Source of the DNA: Octopus sinensis | Lineage: Eukaryota | Assembly: GCF_006345805.1 (NCBI RefSeq) | Contig: NC_043004.1 | Location: 39,122,001 to 39,186,000 of the forward strand | Reading direction: 5' to 3' | Length of the DNA: 64,000 nt | Shown here: positions 13,536 through 26,569 of the stretch, piece after piece | Position numbering within the stretch: the first letter of the stretch is position 1 | Layout of the letters: each line of letters begins with the position of its first letter | Notes under the pieces: model-generated | What the model was told of the DNA's origin: nothing | Database searches by the model: none | The model's input: only the letters and a program-made list of their open reading frames with translations | Position numbers and translations under genes: made by a program

Positions 13536-13700
13536 TACGACGGGCTCCTTTCAGTTTCCGTCTACCAAATTCACTCACAAGGCTTTGGTCGGCCCCAGTC
13601 TATAGTAGAAGACACTTGTCCAAGGTGCCACGCAGTGGGATTGAACCCGGAACCATGTGGTTGGTAAGCAAGCTACTTACCACAAAGCCATTCCCACGCC
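13211..13700 (-). mobile_element. tRNA-derived SINE family A (head GGCG(C/T)AGGAGTGGCTGTGTGGTAAG), full length
   Basis: Matches the copies at 26.2, 52.3 and 62.0 kb; A/B-box-like head, central (CA)/(TA) tract, tail ending aaacaagtaaaagagtaaa. Confidence 0.92.
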
Positions 13701-14559
13701 TATAAAAATCTGTTTGCCGTGTTGTTTTTCTTTGGTCTTGAGAAACGTCAAATATATAAAGGCCGATGAAATGCTGCTAAACATTTTACCTGGCGTGCTA
13801 ACGATTCTACCAGCTCAGTGCCTTATGCAAGTATATATTGAAATGTATTAAACGCGTAATTCTTTGACTGAAATGGAGGAGCGAGTACGCATTAAAATTC
13901 AGCAGCCTTGTGTATATTTGTGTCTCACATTGCTAAATTGAAATAAATGATATGAATTTCTAGGTTCTCTGGAAACGTTTCTTTACTAATATTGTGGTAT
14001 GAATGTATGGTTGTTCTATTTACTACGCTTACCACTCTCAGTGGTAAGTTGCGTTGCACTAAATATATAAATAAATCGTTTACAAATAGCACATCATATA
14101 AAAAATGAATTGGTTTCACTACTTGACTATTTCAACTCCAATAACATAATAAATAATTGTCCAATTATTATACTTTATAATTCTGTTTGATGATACTATT
14201 ATTTGAGACGAAAGTGTTTGAGGTCGATAGTGTCAGTGACCCTGTTTTGTTTCATGTTTAGGGTCAACTGGTTTTAAAACTCAAAAGATTAAATTCAAAA
14301 GCTTTATCACAGAGTCAATGACTGCAAACATCAGAAGCATTCTATAAACGGTATGTATCTAATTGACTGGCAGTTCTCTCTGGAAATGTTTGCAAATATG
14401 TTAATTCTCTTGAAATCTTTTGATGATTGTTACTCAAAATGAGTGTTCTCCCTGAATGACTTTCCCCTAGATATAATATATTCACTTTATTTCCGCACCT
14501 CACTATTTCAGAGAACTCAATTTTAATAATGATTTCAAATTTTAACACAAGCCCAGCAA

Positions 14560-14980
14560 TTTCGATTTGGGTGTTAAGTCGATTACATGGACCCCCCCCC
14601 CAGTGCACAACTGGTACTTATTTTATCGATCAAGAAAGGCGAATGCAACTTCAGTGGAATTTGAACTCACAACGTAAAAGCATACGAAATGCTGCTAAAC
14701 ATTTTCTTGGTGTGCTAACGATTCAGCCAACTCATCGCCTTAAAATAAATTTTATATTAATAAATTTAATGAGGCGGCGAGCTGGCTGAAGCGTTACGGT
14801 GCCGGACAAAATGCTTAGTGGCATTTTGTCCGTTATTACATTCTGGGTCCAAATTCCACAGAGTTCGACTTGGCCTTTCACATTTTTAAGGTCGATAAAA
14901 TAAGTACCCTTTGAGCACTGGGGTCGATGTAATCGAATTATCCCCTTCCCCTGGAACTGCTGGCAATGTGCCAAAATTTC
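14560..14980. mobile_element. Two diverged family-B SINEs head-to-head (- then +)
   Basis: ...cagccaactcatcgcctt / AT spacer / gaggcggcgagctggctg... Confidence 0.8.
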
Positions 14981-15420
14981 ACACTACCATCGCTTCGCAA
15001 CCGATGTTGGCTTATTTGCTTCCCTGTAAATTAGCAGTGCGACAAAGGAAACCGCTAGAATAAGTACCAGGCTTAAACATGAGAAGTACTGGGTTCCAGA
15101 TCTTCGACTAAACTCATCAAGGCAGTGACCAAGCCTGGTCCCAGTCCTATGACAAACACGTTCAAGATAAAGCGAATTAAAGGAAATATGTCGTACATGT
15201 AGTTGTAGTGTACAACCAAGGAGCTTCCCTTGGCGTTGCGATTTAATAAAATATCCAGTGAATTTAAAACCAGCGGCAATACGGATTTCTGCTTCTCTAA
15301 TACATTACTTCAATATTATTTCTTCAAGAGTATACGGCTTTCACTCAATTTTCTCAGGTAATATAAGCAATATTATATTTTATACATAAGCTATAAACTT
15401 GCCAATCTATTTGCTCTTAT

Positions 15421-15830
15421 ACTTGTTTCAGTCATTGGATTACGGCCATGATGGGGCACTGCCTTCCAGGTGTAGTCAAGCAAATCGACTCTAGAACTTA
15501 CTTTCAATCTGCTATATTTTCTATCAGTTACTATCATCGAACTGGTAAGTTACGATGACGTAAGCAAATAATATCGGCCTTCAAGCAGTTCTTGGGGACA
15601 AGCACAAATACGTATGCATGCACACACAGGCACACAGAAAGTGAGAGAGAAAAAAGAGAGAAAGAGAGATACAGAGCGCGAGGCAAGCTTGCACGCAAAT
15701 TTCTGTCTGCTAAATTCACTCACTCGCTACAGGTTGTTCTGACGCTATAGTAGAAGATACTAGACTACACTGCTGCGCAGTAGAGCTGACCTCGATATTT
15801 TGTTATTGCTAATTCAACTAAACTACACAG
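15421..15830 (-). mobile_element. Degraded family-A SINE
   Basis: acttgtttcagtcatt..ggccatg..gcactgcc; gctatagtagaagatac. Confidence 0.7.
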
Positions 15831-18024
15831 ACAAATTTTTTCGGCTTTTCCTTCCTTTTTTTTTTTGTTTTTTTACTTGATCTAATATTTATCTTAGAAT
15901 AATATAAGTTCTTTTGTTCCTCCTTTTTTATATTTCGGAATAAGTTACTTTCAACTTTTCCACCGTTATTCTAAAGCATCTCTGGGCAGAATCGGTAAAT
16001 TACAGGCTGTACTCTTCACTTACATATCCCTGTTTTCTCAGTCCAAATCTCATCAGGTTTGTTTGTCTTTTTATCTCACCCACGCGAAACCGATAGAATA
16101 AGGTGGAACAAGTACTTAGGCTAATATAATCACCAAAATATAAGTCATCTTGTATCTCAGTTGACAATCAGTATTTGATTTGATCAAAAATAATGATTTG
16201 TTTATATAAAGATCTTTGAAATATTGTAAATGCTTCAATAATTTTTTTGATCTTTTAACTGTTTTTGCTTCATCTTCTGCTATTGTTACTATTCTTGCTT
16301 TTGTTTCTGTTGATCTTCTTGTTGCTGCCATTTCAAAATATTTTCGTAACTATTAGTAGGATTTTAATGAAAACGTAAAAGCAAAATAAATAAAACGTTA
16401 AGAACAACAAAACAGAAACACAGACATTTAGAGACAAAGATGTCAGAAAATTTTCTTTCAAAATGTTGAAAAGTCAATAAATTGATTTCTCTCATAGATA
16501 AAAACAAAATTTCAAAATGGAGAGAAAAAGAAACAAGATGGAAGATATAACAGTTATTGCGGTATATATTAAAGTGTTAATAAGATCACTTCAGTTATGA
16601 GAGAGTGACGTAAATAGGCAAAAAGTAATATTCATGATATTTTGATGAGACCTTTCTGGTGTGAAGATATTGTAAATAGAAATCAAGAAAGAATGAATGA
16701 ACGAAAGATCCGCAGAAAGATAAACAGATAGACAGACAGATAATCATTATTTGCTTAAGAACTTTAAGACGTAAATTAAAATGTTTCTGATACTGACATT
16801 TAGTGTACTCTTCATTGCGCTAAGTGATTACGGGGTGGTGAAGGTTGTAATTGAAGCGGTAGTGGTAGTAGTGTTGATAGTATTATCAGTACTGAGGAGA
16901 AGTGATTGTTGAGGTGATGGCAATGGTGAGAAATTTGAAGGCCAGATTTTGTGTTTGTCTATTGGCCGCAGGACTGAGTTTAACGTTTTCCGAGTCCATA
17001 TTTATGATTACAATTCTTGTGAACACCGTAGCGTAACAAAACAACAATTATACGCTGGCTAAAGCCTTGCGTTTTGCCCAATCTATTTCCTTCTATATAA
17101 ACTATTTCCTTCTAAGAGACCAAACGAGAATACACAATTTTGGACGACCATACTGTTAAAAATGAACACCAATCCTTCCTTATATAAGCAGATATGGGTT
17201 TCTAATTTAAAGGCTTGCTTTGACATCTCTTGGTTTCGGGTTCAGCTGTACTGCCTGATACCTTGAACGAGTGTCTACTACTATATCTTCGGGCTTAACA
17301 ATGCCTTTTGAGAGAATTTGTTTGACTGTGTGGAAACCTGTCTTATATATATGTGTGCGTGTGTCTTGCGTCTGTGTTTATCCCATAACGTCGTTTAACA
17401 ACGTGTGTCAGTATGTTTACGTCCCCGTGACGTCGCGGATCAGCGATGATGGCTCAGCATGGCTGCAGTCCAATAACGCAAAAGACAATAGATAATAACA
17501 CCCAAATGAAGCTCAACATACACCAAAACCGACGGCTGGTCACAGCTGGATTAACTTGATGCTAGATCCCATCGATCTGAGCTGACCTAGAACAAAGGAG
17601 TAGTAGTTATTTACTTCTATATGGAATAAGCTCATGACATGATGATTACATAGGAATATGAAGAGTTGAGTATTCAGTAGTAAACCAAAGGTGACAGCGA
17701 ACTCCATCCAAATCGGGAGATTTTTCCGAACTAATAGATCATATTAGTCATTCGTTAATTGAAATATTTCATCCGCGCACGCCACGACTACAGGTTCATA
17801 TGCTGAATTGGTAAATCCTGGCTGTGGACAATTTGCTGTCTGCTTCTGTTTGTTAGTTTGTTGAGCGAATCGGTCTTCGTCTCAGAGTGGGAGAAGTCTG
17901 AAACGTGGTTCTTTGCTATTCGTAATAGCCGCAGAAGAGAAAGCAGGTCAACCCCCGACACCGAGAACATTGACGGATGGATGAATGTGCATCGAGTCTG
18001 GGCGGTTGCGTAGGAAGTCGGGAA

Positions 18025-18209
18025 TAAGAAACAGGAAGAAAGAGTGAGAGAAAGTTGGAATGATAGAGTACAACAGGGATCACTACCCCTCCCCTGCCGG
18101 AGCCTCGTGGAGCTTTAGGTGTTTTCGCTCAATAAACACACACAACGCCCGGTCTGGGAATCGAAACCGCGAGTCCGCTGCCCTAACCATTGGGCTATTG
18201 CGCCTCCAC
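18025..18209 (-). mobile_element. tRNA-derived SINE family C head (gtggaggcgcaat...), with a 3' part different from the other family-C copies
   Basis: The reverse complement matches the heads at 25249 and 60139. Confidence 0.8.
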
Positions 18210-19248
18210 GCTGTCTGCTCTCCCGCTGAGGCTCTAGTGATATTTCGCATTGACTTTGCCAAAATACTTCATATCTGTAATGGTGCATTCCACACTTTCA
18301 ACGTACGCTGTCTCATGTGCATAGATGTTACTTAACCTACTGCTGAAAGTGATAGGTGCTACTTTTGCAGGTCAGAGTAGACCTGAGCACAGTAGTGACT
18401 AAGAAGTGATTCCTCACTCCTCAAATCCTGGAACTCCCGAATCAGGGACCCACTAGCGGATGCAGCTAAAAGGCTACTATATTATACTTAACAGAACAAT
18501 TAAAAATTTCTTTTCACGATGTATAAGAATAATTTCTAATTGAAACACGAGAGGGACGATATCATTGTTGTAAAATATGAAAATTGTCAAATGTGAATAT
18601 GCGTAATGATGTAAGCGAAATACTATTCACGGTGCACATGCGTCGGTTTGTCAGGCAAATATAGATAAAAAGAGAATAACAACCGAACTAGCAGCAGACT
18701 CGAAACGCTGAATAAAACTTTGGGAAATATTTCTTGTGTACACACCAATTACGTTCCAGAAATTGTCTGGCTGCCATATCAGCTCAATAGATTCGCGAGT
18801 TTTAGGTTAATTAATAACGATTTCATACATAAATGATGATTTCTTGCACTAGACTAACTTATAACACGTCAGTAACAAAAGTCGATTTTGCAATAGATCA
18901 CAAGGAAGTGACTATCACTGCTTGCGTGTATCCGTGCTTGTAAAAATGTATTTGCTTCCCAGACTTCAATTTACACATTCTTAATTTTGGGTTTCAAATA
19001 ATTCGTAATTCTCTAATTTTATCAATATACCAGAACATAAAGAAATAATGAGTAATAAAACTTTTTCTTTCGTCATAAAGAAAGGTCGAAGACCAATACC
19101 CTAATTTGAGAATAATTATTTTATCTAATTGCAGATAAATTGAAGCAATACATCATGTTATTCCGTGTTTTATTATTGTAATTTTTTAGTAATAATAGCT
19201 AATATCTTTTATATTTTTAGATATAATTTCTTTTATAACAATAGTAAA

Positions 19249-19630
19249 CGCAAGCATGGCTGTATAGTAAGAGATTTCCTTCCCAACTATATTATTCCAC
19301 GTTTGGTTCTACTGCCTGGCACCTTGAGCAAGTGTTTTCTACTATAACCTCAGGCCGACTAAAACTTTACGAGTAGATTAGGTAGACAGAAAATGAAAGT
19401 AGCTCAACATAGATGTGTATATATTTGTGTGTGTTTGTGTGTTATTCATGTTCGTCTCCTACCACCGATTGATAACCAAAGTTGGTTCGTTTACAGCCCT
19501 CTAACTTAGTGGTTCGGCATTATAGGTTAAAATAATATGGACAAGGTTTTAAAAGAATATCAGTACTGGTTCTTCGACAAAAACCTTTCAAGGTGTAACC
19601 AAAGCAATGACTGAAACAGGTGTAAGAGGT
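19249..19630 (+). mobile_element. Degraded family-A SINE
   Basis: gcatggctgtatagtaag...ggcaccttgagcaagtgttttctactata...gactgaaaca. Confidence 0.75.
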
Positions 19631-19879
19631 AAGAATCAATAACCGTGTTTACAATTTGTATGTGTTCTAGAACTGTTCGAGATGATAATGCTCGTTAACA
19701 ATCCTACTTTATATCCTTCTTGAGTAAGCAATATTATAATAACAAGCTTTCTGTCAGTTATTAACAAATCTTTTATCCCAGACACAATATGTAGTTTGAG
19801 TTTGAATTGAAAGAATTTTTTGATTGGTATAAGGGAATATTTGACGGTTCTGGCTTTAAGGGTGTCGCGAAAAGCCTGG

Positions 19880-20046
19880 TTGGAGGCCCAACATTCTGAG
19901 TTCTTTTACAGGGCTAAGAAAAGCTGAAGGACCGCTGTAATAAGCGTATGAATCTGAGAGAAGAATTTGTTGAGTAAAATCATAATTAACTGATCCTTCC
20001 GTATTTTCTTTTACCCAAGCCAGTAACTTTTCAGCATCCCCTCGTA
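19880..20046 (+). pseudogene. Mariner transposase C-terminus and 3' TIR remnant
   Basis: WLEAQHSEFFY / KKLKDRCNKRMNLREEFVE*, then aacttttcagcatcccctcg|ta. Confidence 0.7.
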
Positions 20047-22229
20047 TTTGTATTTAGGTGGGAATGGCCAATGAGAAACCCTTGACGAAATCGTTTCTAC
20101 TACATTTGTAAAGAACGCTGTAAGACTAAATTCTGACTAACCCACAAGTCAGTTCCGTTACATGATTTCCATTCATGCTCAAAACCTATTTAACTTCACT
20201 CACCCTACTAATAGATATAGAAAGGGCATGCAATTGTCATATTTTAGTTTGCCACTCTGCTAATACGAAGGATCATTTAATTATATGTCCAGACTATATT
20301 CACCTTCAAATATGGTAATCTAATTTAATGCTTTTTTAATTAAATAGCCTGATTAAATATACCCTGGAACATGCTACGTTCATCGAGATATCTTTTTGAT
20401 TGATATATACTTGTAGTAATAAAAAAAAAGTCTATTTGATTGATATATATCTATAGTAATAAAACAAAAGTTTCATTCATTAGCATGCCTTTTAGATTGA
20501 TATATATACCTATAGTAATAAAACAAACGTTTCCTGGCCCCTATTATATTTTCATTACCCATTACAAACCAATTAACTTCATCCGAATAAACAAATAACG
20601 GATTTTGCATCATCTAAAATGTGGACGCAATTCAGTACGTTTATACCATTTGAAAATATATGAGGATAAGAAATTTAGGTTTTCACTTACTTAATGGCAT
20701 CGTTAAAGCTAATGAAACATAGACTAATATATAATTATGATAAATAAATAAGAGGATATTGAAAGGGAGTACTTCCGTTTCAATCAAAATACGGAAGTGA
20801 TTTTTAAGTGCTTCTCTTTGCTAGTTAATAAAACAGGCAGCAAAAATGAGGAATGCTAATCCGGGTGGTATATTACGTATACCACCCGGCGGTCAAGCTG
20901 GCAAATTCCTTAGTGTGCCAGACGAAATGTCGCTAAGTGACATTTCGTCCGTATTTATGTTCCAGTTCAAATTCCACCGAGGTCGCGTTTGCCTACCGTC
21001 CTTTCCGGGTCGGTAAACTAGCATTTGAGCACTGGCCTTATGTCAAAATTCGAATCCAAAATTATGTTTTCATATACCCAACAATCAAATAATCTAGCAT
21101 TTTCTCCACTCACACTTACTTATATTTGCACGTATATATTTGAGTGTATGTATGCATGCATGTATGTATGTGTATGTATGTATGTACGTATGGTTAGGTG
21201 GCTGGCTGGCTGTTACTATATAGTTTTATTTCTAGGTTTCTCGCCAATGGAGAAAGAGCCGCTTTTTAACCTAGTTCTAATGCCTCTTTGATGGAAATTC
21301 AACATCAACAGAAAGCTGTGTATGTATTTGTACAAGTACTTGACATCAGCGCATCTGCAGATGTACTGGCTTGCATGGTTTACTTTCTATATGTGTACTC
21401 ATACAAGTAGCTGCATGCGTAGATATGTGGATACATACTTATATGCAAACATTTTTGAAAATTTGTATAAAACTTACAATCCCGTTGATAGATTGGTGTC
21501 TGGAAGCTACTAATTATCTTTTTGATTTTCCGAAACCTAATTTCTCAAGAATGAACTGAAGCTGTTGGTTACATAAACAATTGCGCTAATAATTACATAT
21601 GCAAATCCAAACTTGCTGTCTACGAGAAGTATCACTAAATTTCTCAATAGTTCCGCGTAGGTATTTGCTTCCTCAGTGATCTTTAGCATTATATTGATAT
21701 CTTCCAGGGTAGCTGAATTCCGCTATTCCACATAGTTTCTCTTCTCAGTCCCAAACCATTATATCTGGCATATTAAGCTTAGATTTTATAGAAAATTTCA
21801 CAGGAACATTTCACCAGTACTCACGTATTATGGATAGTTATGGCTTCTTTTTACCAGAGGGTGGATTCTTGTATCTTTAGTCTCAGAATTATACTTCCGA
21901 CAATCACATTGTAAAGTGGCTTAGCCAATCATGATTCAGTGCTGGATAATAATGCAGTTATTTTTCGAACAACTGCTTATTATGTGAATGATACCTTCGA
22001 AGTTGTATGTATAAAGTCAGCATCGGTTACCACATTTCGGTTTCTTTCCTGCATCACTGTTTTGTGCAACAGGTGTTTAGTGCTTATTTTTTGTTTATGG
22101 ATTACAGAGTGACAGTTCCTGATCCGGTTGTCGGTCCAAGAGAGACGAGAGCCTGCCATGGCTATCAGTGTTCCTGTCACCCTGAAGCTTTCTTCCAACA
22201 CAACCATGCATGGTCTTCTGCTGAAACGT

Positions 22230-22789
22230 ATTCATCCTTTCATCGGCAAATCGCCACGAACATCTTCTGAAACTCAAACTCACCTGAAGAAGATTATGCA
22301 TTCAGTTTGGTGAGATTGGAAGAGGGCTGTCTGTTACGAGCTTCTTCCCACGGAAGGACTATTAATTCGGATGTGTACTGTGACCAGCTGGATAAATTCA
22401 GCGCAGATATCTACCAGAAGCGACAAGCAGTTGTTGATTGTGAAGGGCATTGTCTTTCCCCACATCAATGCCACACCGCACACTTTTCCACACACTGCAA
22501 AGTTTACTATAATTTGGCGGAAAAACTCTACACATTCGCCTGACCTTGCACCTTCAATTTCCCACCTGTTCGGTCTCTTTAAATTTCAGTGAACAGACAG
22601 ACCTTCAATTCTTAAGAGGGTGTAAAAATTCACGTGGAAGAGTTTTTCGCCAGTAAAAACAGGAAAATCTTTAGAACGAGTTAGAACGAAACGGTAATTA
22701 TATCATTGATTTAAAACATCTCTTTACGTTTGAAATTGCGTGATATTTTCGCTCAAAAATCAAAAAAGGAACTTTCGTTCAACACAATA
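22230..22789 (+). pseudogene. Decayed mariner transposase (catalytic domain) with a 3' TIR-like end
   Basis: Frameshifted: HLKKIMHSVW*DWK..CYELL..TINSDVYCDQLDKF....QKR...KGIVFPHINATPHT...HSPDLAPS.SHLF. Compare mariner KKVMLCVWWD..YELL..TINS..YC.QL..KGVVFHHDNARPH..YSPDLAPSDYHLF. End: ggaactttcgttcaacacaata. Confidence 0.9.
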
Positions 22790-22990
22790 TATTCTAGTGT
22801 GCGCTTGTTTGTGGGTATATGTGTTTATGTTGAAGGATAGAGAGGGCAGATAGAAAGACAGATATATACATACAGACATACAGAAATAGACAGGGACATC
22901 GAAGGAGAAATAGATATATGAGATGATTGCGGCAATATAGTCAATTTAATCTATGTTCATCCGCAACGAATGTTTGGTATTATTTGTCAC

Positions 22991-23023
22991 AAAACTACCT
23001 TAATATCTATATATCTAAACACT

Positions 23024-23080
<57 letters not shown>

Positions 23081-23165
23081 ATCCTAAGAGCTTTGAATTA
23101 GCGAGAGCAATGTTTCTTTGATAAAGCATCAAATCTGTAAAATACAATTATATATGTGTGAGTGC

Positions 23166-23212
<47 letters not shown>
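22991..23212. repeat. (TA)n microsatellite tracts
   Basis: Direct reading. Confidence 0.85.
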
Positions 23213-23213
<1 letters not shown>

Positions 23214-23243
23214 GCGAGAAAGAAGCAACAAGAATGGATAGGT

Positions 23244-23334
23244 TTTTAGTACAATCGTTTCATACAAGGACAGGCTTTATTAAAAGTTGTAAAAATTACA
23301 GCATATAAACGTGTCCCGTACTCATCAGCTAAAA
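23244..23334 (-). ncRNA. Type I hammerhead ribozyme motif (canonical core)
   Basis: Reverse-complement copy of 24026-24116. Confidence 0.8.
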
Positions 23335-24025
23335 TACGTGTGAGTTCTCTAGACATCCTAGTGGTTGAGGCTATACTCATGAAGTAATGTAGATAATTAA
23401 GTAACATAAACAGATTTCCAGATTTTTTTTTTAGCTCCCTCCTCCTTTATTTTCTCTCTTTTCTTCTATTCCCTTCCCTTTCTATTCTTGCCCTCTAGAA
23501 AGCCCTTCAGCCTTTAAAAGTTAAATAGCTACAGCCTCTTGTAAATAGCAGTAATGTGATTAATGCAGCAAATACCTAATCATATAACAAGTTTTGATAC
23601 CTACCTCATTGTGTTCAACCATTGATAAATTTATCGCCTGTGAATATGAAATTCCTCTTCATTTCTCTGGAAACTTACATCTACACCATTGGAAATTGTG
23701 CATCTATACAAAGGATTAATTCACCCTCTCTGTAATGCTAATAAGCAGGAATTGAGACCCACCTCGTTGTGATTAACAATGGATAAATTTGTCTTCTGTG
23801 AGTATGTAATCCCTCATCATATCTCTGGAAATTCATATGTGCTCTATGGATTAGGTCACCTTCTCTGTGATGCTATTAGAACTTTTTTAAAATTCTGTGA
23901 TAAGACTGTACATCATCTTTAAAGAACTTTAATGAACTTTGGAAATCTGTTTATGTTACTTAATTATCTACATTACTTCATGAGTATAGCCTCAACCACT
24001 AGGATGTCTAGAGAACTCACATGTA

Positions 24026-24116
24026 TTTTAGCTGATGAGTACGGGACACGTTTATATGCTGTAATTTTTACAACTTTTAATAAAGCCTGTCCTTGTATGA
24101 AACGATTGTACTAAAA
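24026..24116 (+). ncRNA. Type I hammerhead ribozyme motif (canonical core)
   Basis: Stem I TTTTAG/CTAAAA; CTGATGA 24032-24038; stem II GTAC-GGGACA/TGTCCT-TGTAT with a long loop; GAAA 24099-24102; short stem III AC-gatt-GT; cleavage triplet GUA (A24110). Confidence 0.8.
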
Positions 24117-24719
24117 ACCTATCCATTCTTGTTGCTTCTTTCTCGCTTATAATCACCCCACATTACTGTATTGTTAAAACAGTATAGTTTTTTTTGGTGC
24201 ATCTAAGTTAGGTACCATATTCAAGTAAATTCATTTAAATTAACTTGAATCTTTATTGCTTTTTGTATATATATATATATATATATTCATTCATATCATT
24301 TCTACATAAGCGTATTTACGTAATATATATATACATTCTCTATTTTTCTGCATGGAATATGTCGTGATACTATCTACAGAGAATACAACTTTATATTCGA
24401 TATAAAGAGAGTGAGATATATAATTATACTGTCCAAGTTACTTTGCAGAGACATAACTCTATAATTACTAGTTCTTATTACATCACCGCCTTTACTTCTT
24501 ACGTCGTGCAAAGACTTCATCATTCATATATATTCATATCTTCATTCACGATTTTCTCTTTTCCTTTTAATGTGGTTTCTCTTTCTGTTACCTTCTCTCC
24601 CTTTTCTCGCTTCCCCCCCTCTCTCTCTCTCTTTCACTCACATACACACACAAATGCACACACACATTTGTAGTTACATAAATATATTGATATACGTGTT
24701 TCTATATCTATATATGATT

Positions 24720-24726
24720 ATATATG

Positions 24727-24773
<47 letters not shown>

Positions 24774-24838
24774 TATATATACCTACATATATATATAAAT
24801 CAGTCTATCTATCTTTCTATATAGCCTTATCAATCAGC

Positions 24839-24893
<55 letters not shown>

Positions 24894-24895
24894 CC
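24720..24895. repeat. (TA)n and (TCTA)n microsatellites
   Basis: Direct reading. Confidence 0.9.
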
Positions 24896-25248
24896 AATTG
24901 TCTATCTATGCGCATTTCTACATGTATATATATAATCATACGCACACATGCATAATATAATAAAACGTTAATAACAAAATCTATAAAAAAAAATATTTCA
25001 TCCGAAAATCTATATTAGCCGAAGAGATTTTGCTGTAGAATTCCGTTGATATATTACTTTTTCTTGGCGAATAAAGGAACCAAAATAATCCCTTATCTAC
25101 TAATTGGTGTTGGGTGCCATATTTAACCTAAGTCGCTGCGATATGAAACTGATCCTAATTTAATGATATACTCCCTGAAAACACATCTATCTCTATTTCC
25201 AGTGATTCAAGTTTGAGACAGATTACTTCCATAGAACCCTCTTACGGA

Positions 25249-25550
25249 GTGGAGGCACATGGCCTAGTAGTTAGAGCAGCGGGCTCACGGTCGAGGGATC
25301 GCTGGTTCGAATCTCAGACCGGGCGATGTATGTGTGTGTTTATGAGCGAAACACCTGAGCTCCACGCAGCTCCGGCAGAAGGTAATGGCGAAACTTCTGC
25401 AGATTCTTTCGCCATAACTTTCCCTCACTCTTTCCTCCTGCAGCTCACCTGCGACGGAACCGCGTCCCGTCCAGGTGGGGAACCTATACGCCCAGGAAAC
25501 CGGGAAACCGGCCCTTATGAGCTAGGCATGGCTCCAGAAGGAACAAACAA
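25249..25550 (+). mobile_element. tRNA-derived SINE family C, full length
   Basis: A-box tggcctagtagttag, B-box ggttcgaatc; central ctgcga(c/t)g..gcgtccc(g/a)tccagg block; (AAC)-like tail; close to the 60139 copy. Confidence 0.9.
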
Positions 25551-26157
25551 GAAGAAACCTCTTACAGAACAAAAATAATGTGCAAGTTGTTTTTTTACAA
25601 ACATTTCAATTTTGCTAGGGCATTTCGGCCGCGACCAACTCGCTTTTTGTACCCATGTCTTATTCATTCGTTTTTTAAGACTATAAAGTATGATTTTCAA
25701 GAGGTTTGAACAGTCATTTTTTTTTATAATGTGATAATCTCATTGAATCTTTCCTGTTGGTTTTGCACTCGACACGATGTTACTGCCATTGTTTAACTTC
25801 AGGTGAGACCTGATTGAGCGGAAGTCTGATGAAAGGCATTCATACCGCTGTAACCATTTCACTTTGCTAAATATAGCAATATACACATTGTGATTTTATT
25901 TATAAATGAATTTTGCACATTGTGATTTAGAATGGATTTAGCTACTATTTCTAGCAGGTCGCGAGGCTTATGTAGAAGATCCCTCAAACATACAAGAAGA
26001 GTATGATAAATCCGCAACAAAGATTATTGGACAATTTCCGAACAAATTGGCATTAAATACCATAGAATCCCTGAACATGTGTATCTATAGCCAAAAACGT
26101 TCTGGAGCATCATCATTCTGACCATTATTTTTTTAGACAAAGAGTATAGTCATTACT

Positions 26158-26569
26158 CTTTACTCTTTTACTTGTTTCTGTCATTTGACTGTGGCCATGC
26201 TGGAGCACCACCTTTTTAGTCGAGCGAATCGACCCCAGGACTTATTCTTTGTAAGCCCAGTACTTATTCAATCGGTCTCTTTTGCCGAACCGCTAAGTTA
26301 CGGGAACGTAAACACACCAGCATCGGTTGTCAAGCGATGTTGGGGGGACAAACACAGACACACGAACACACACATATACATATATATATATACATATACA
26401 TATACACGACGGGCTTCTTTCAGTTTCCGTCTGCCAAATCCACTCACAAGTCTTTGGTCGGCCTGAGGCTATAGTATACGACATTTTCCCAAGGTGCCAC
26501 GCAGTGGGACTGAACCCGGAACCATGTGGTTCGTAAGCAAGCTACTTACCACACAGCCACTCCTACGCC
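26158..26569 (-). mobile_element. Family-A SINE, full length
   Basis: Ends ...agctacttaccacacagccactcctacgcc. Confidence 0.93.

Larger units (their letters stand above)
23214..24265. mobile_element. Inverted-repeat element: 207-bp arms (23214-23420 / 23940-24146) plus ~120 bp extra tail on the right; probably Penelope-like pLTR-derived
   Basis: Arms are reverse complements with ~1 mismatch and each holds a hammerhead motif; a diverged copy of the right tail lies at ~51000-51130; (TA)n on both sides. Confidence 0.85.

Noticed and set aside
14342-14520. YLGES..GRTL GIY-YIG-like peptide (minus strand)
   Set aside because: Too short and degenerate to support a Penelope call.
16116-16331. 71-aa minus-strand ORF MAATRRSTETK...
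   Set aside because: Purine-rich low-complexity sequence with no recognisable domain or convincing splice sites; it ends in a SINE-like fragment.
25249-25330. tRNA gene (also 60139 and 33890-33956)
   Set aside because: A/B boxes are present but continue into SINE bodies, and no full cloverleaf can be formed.
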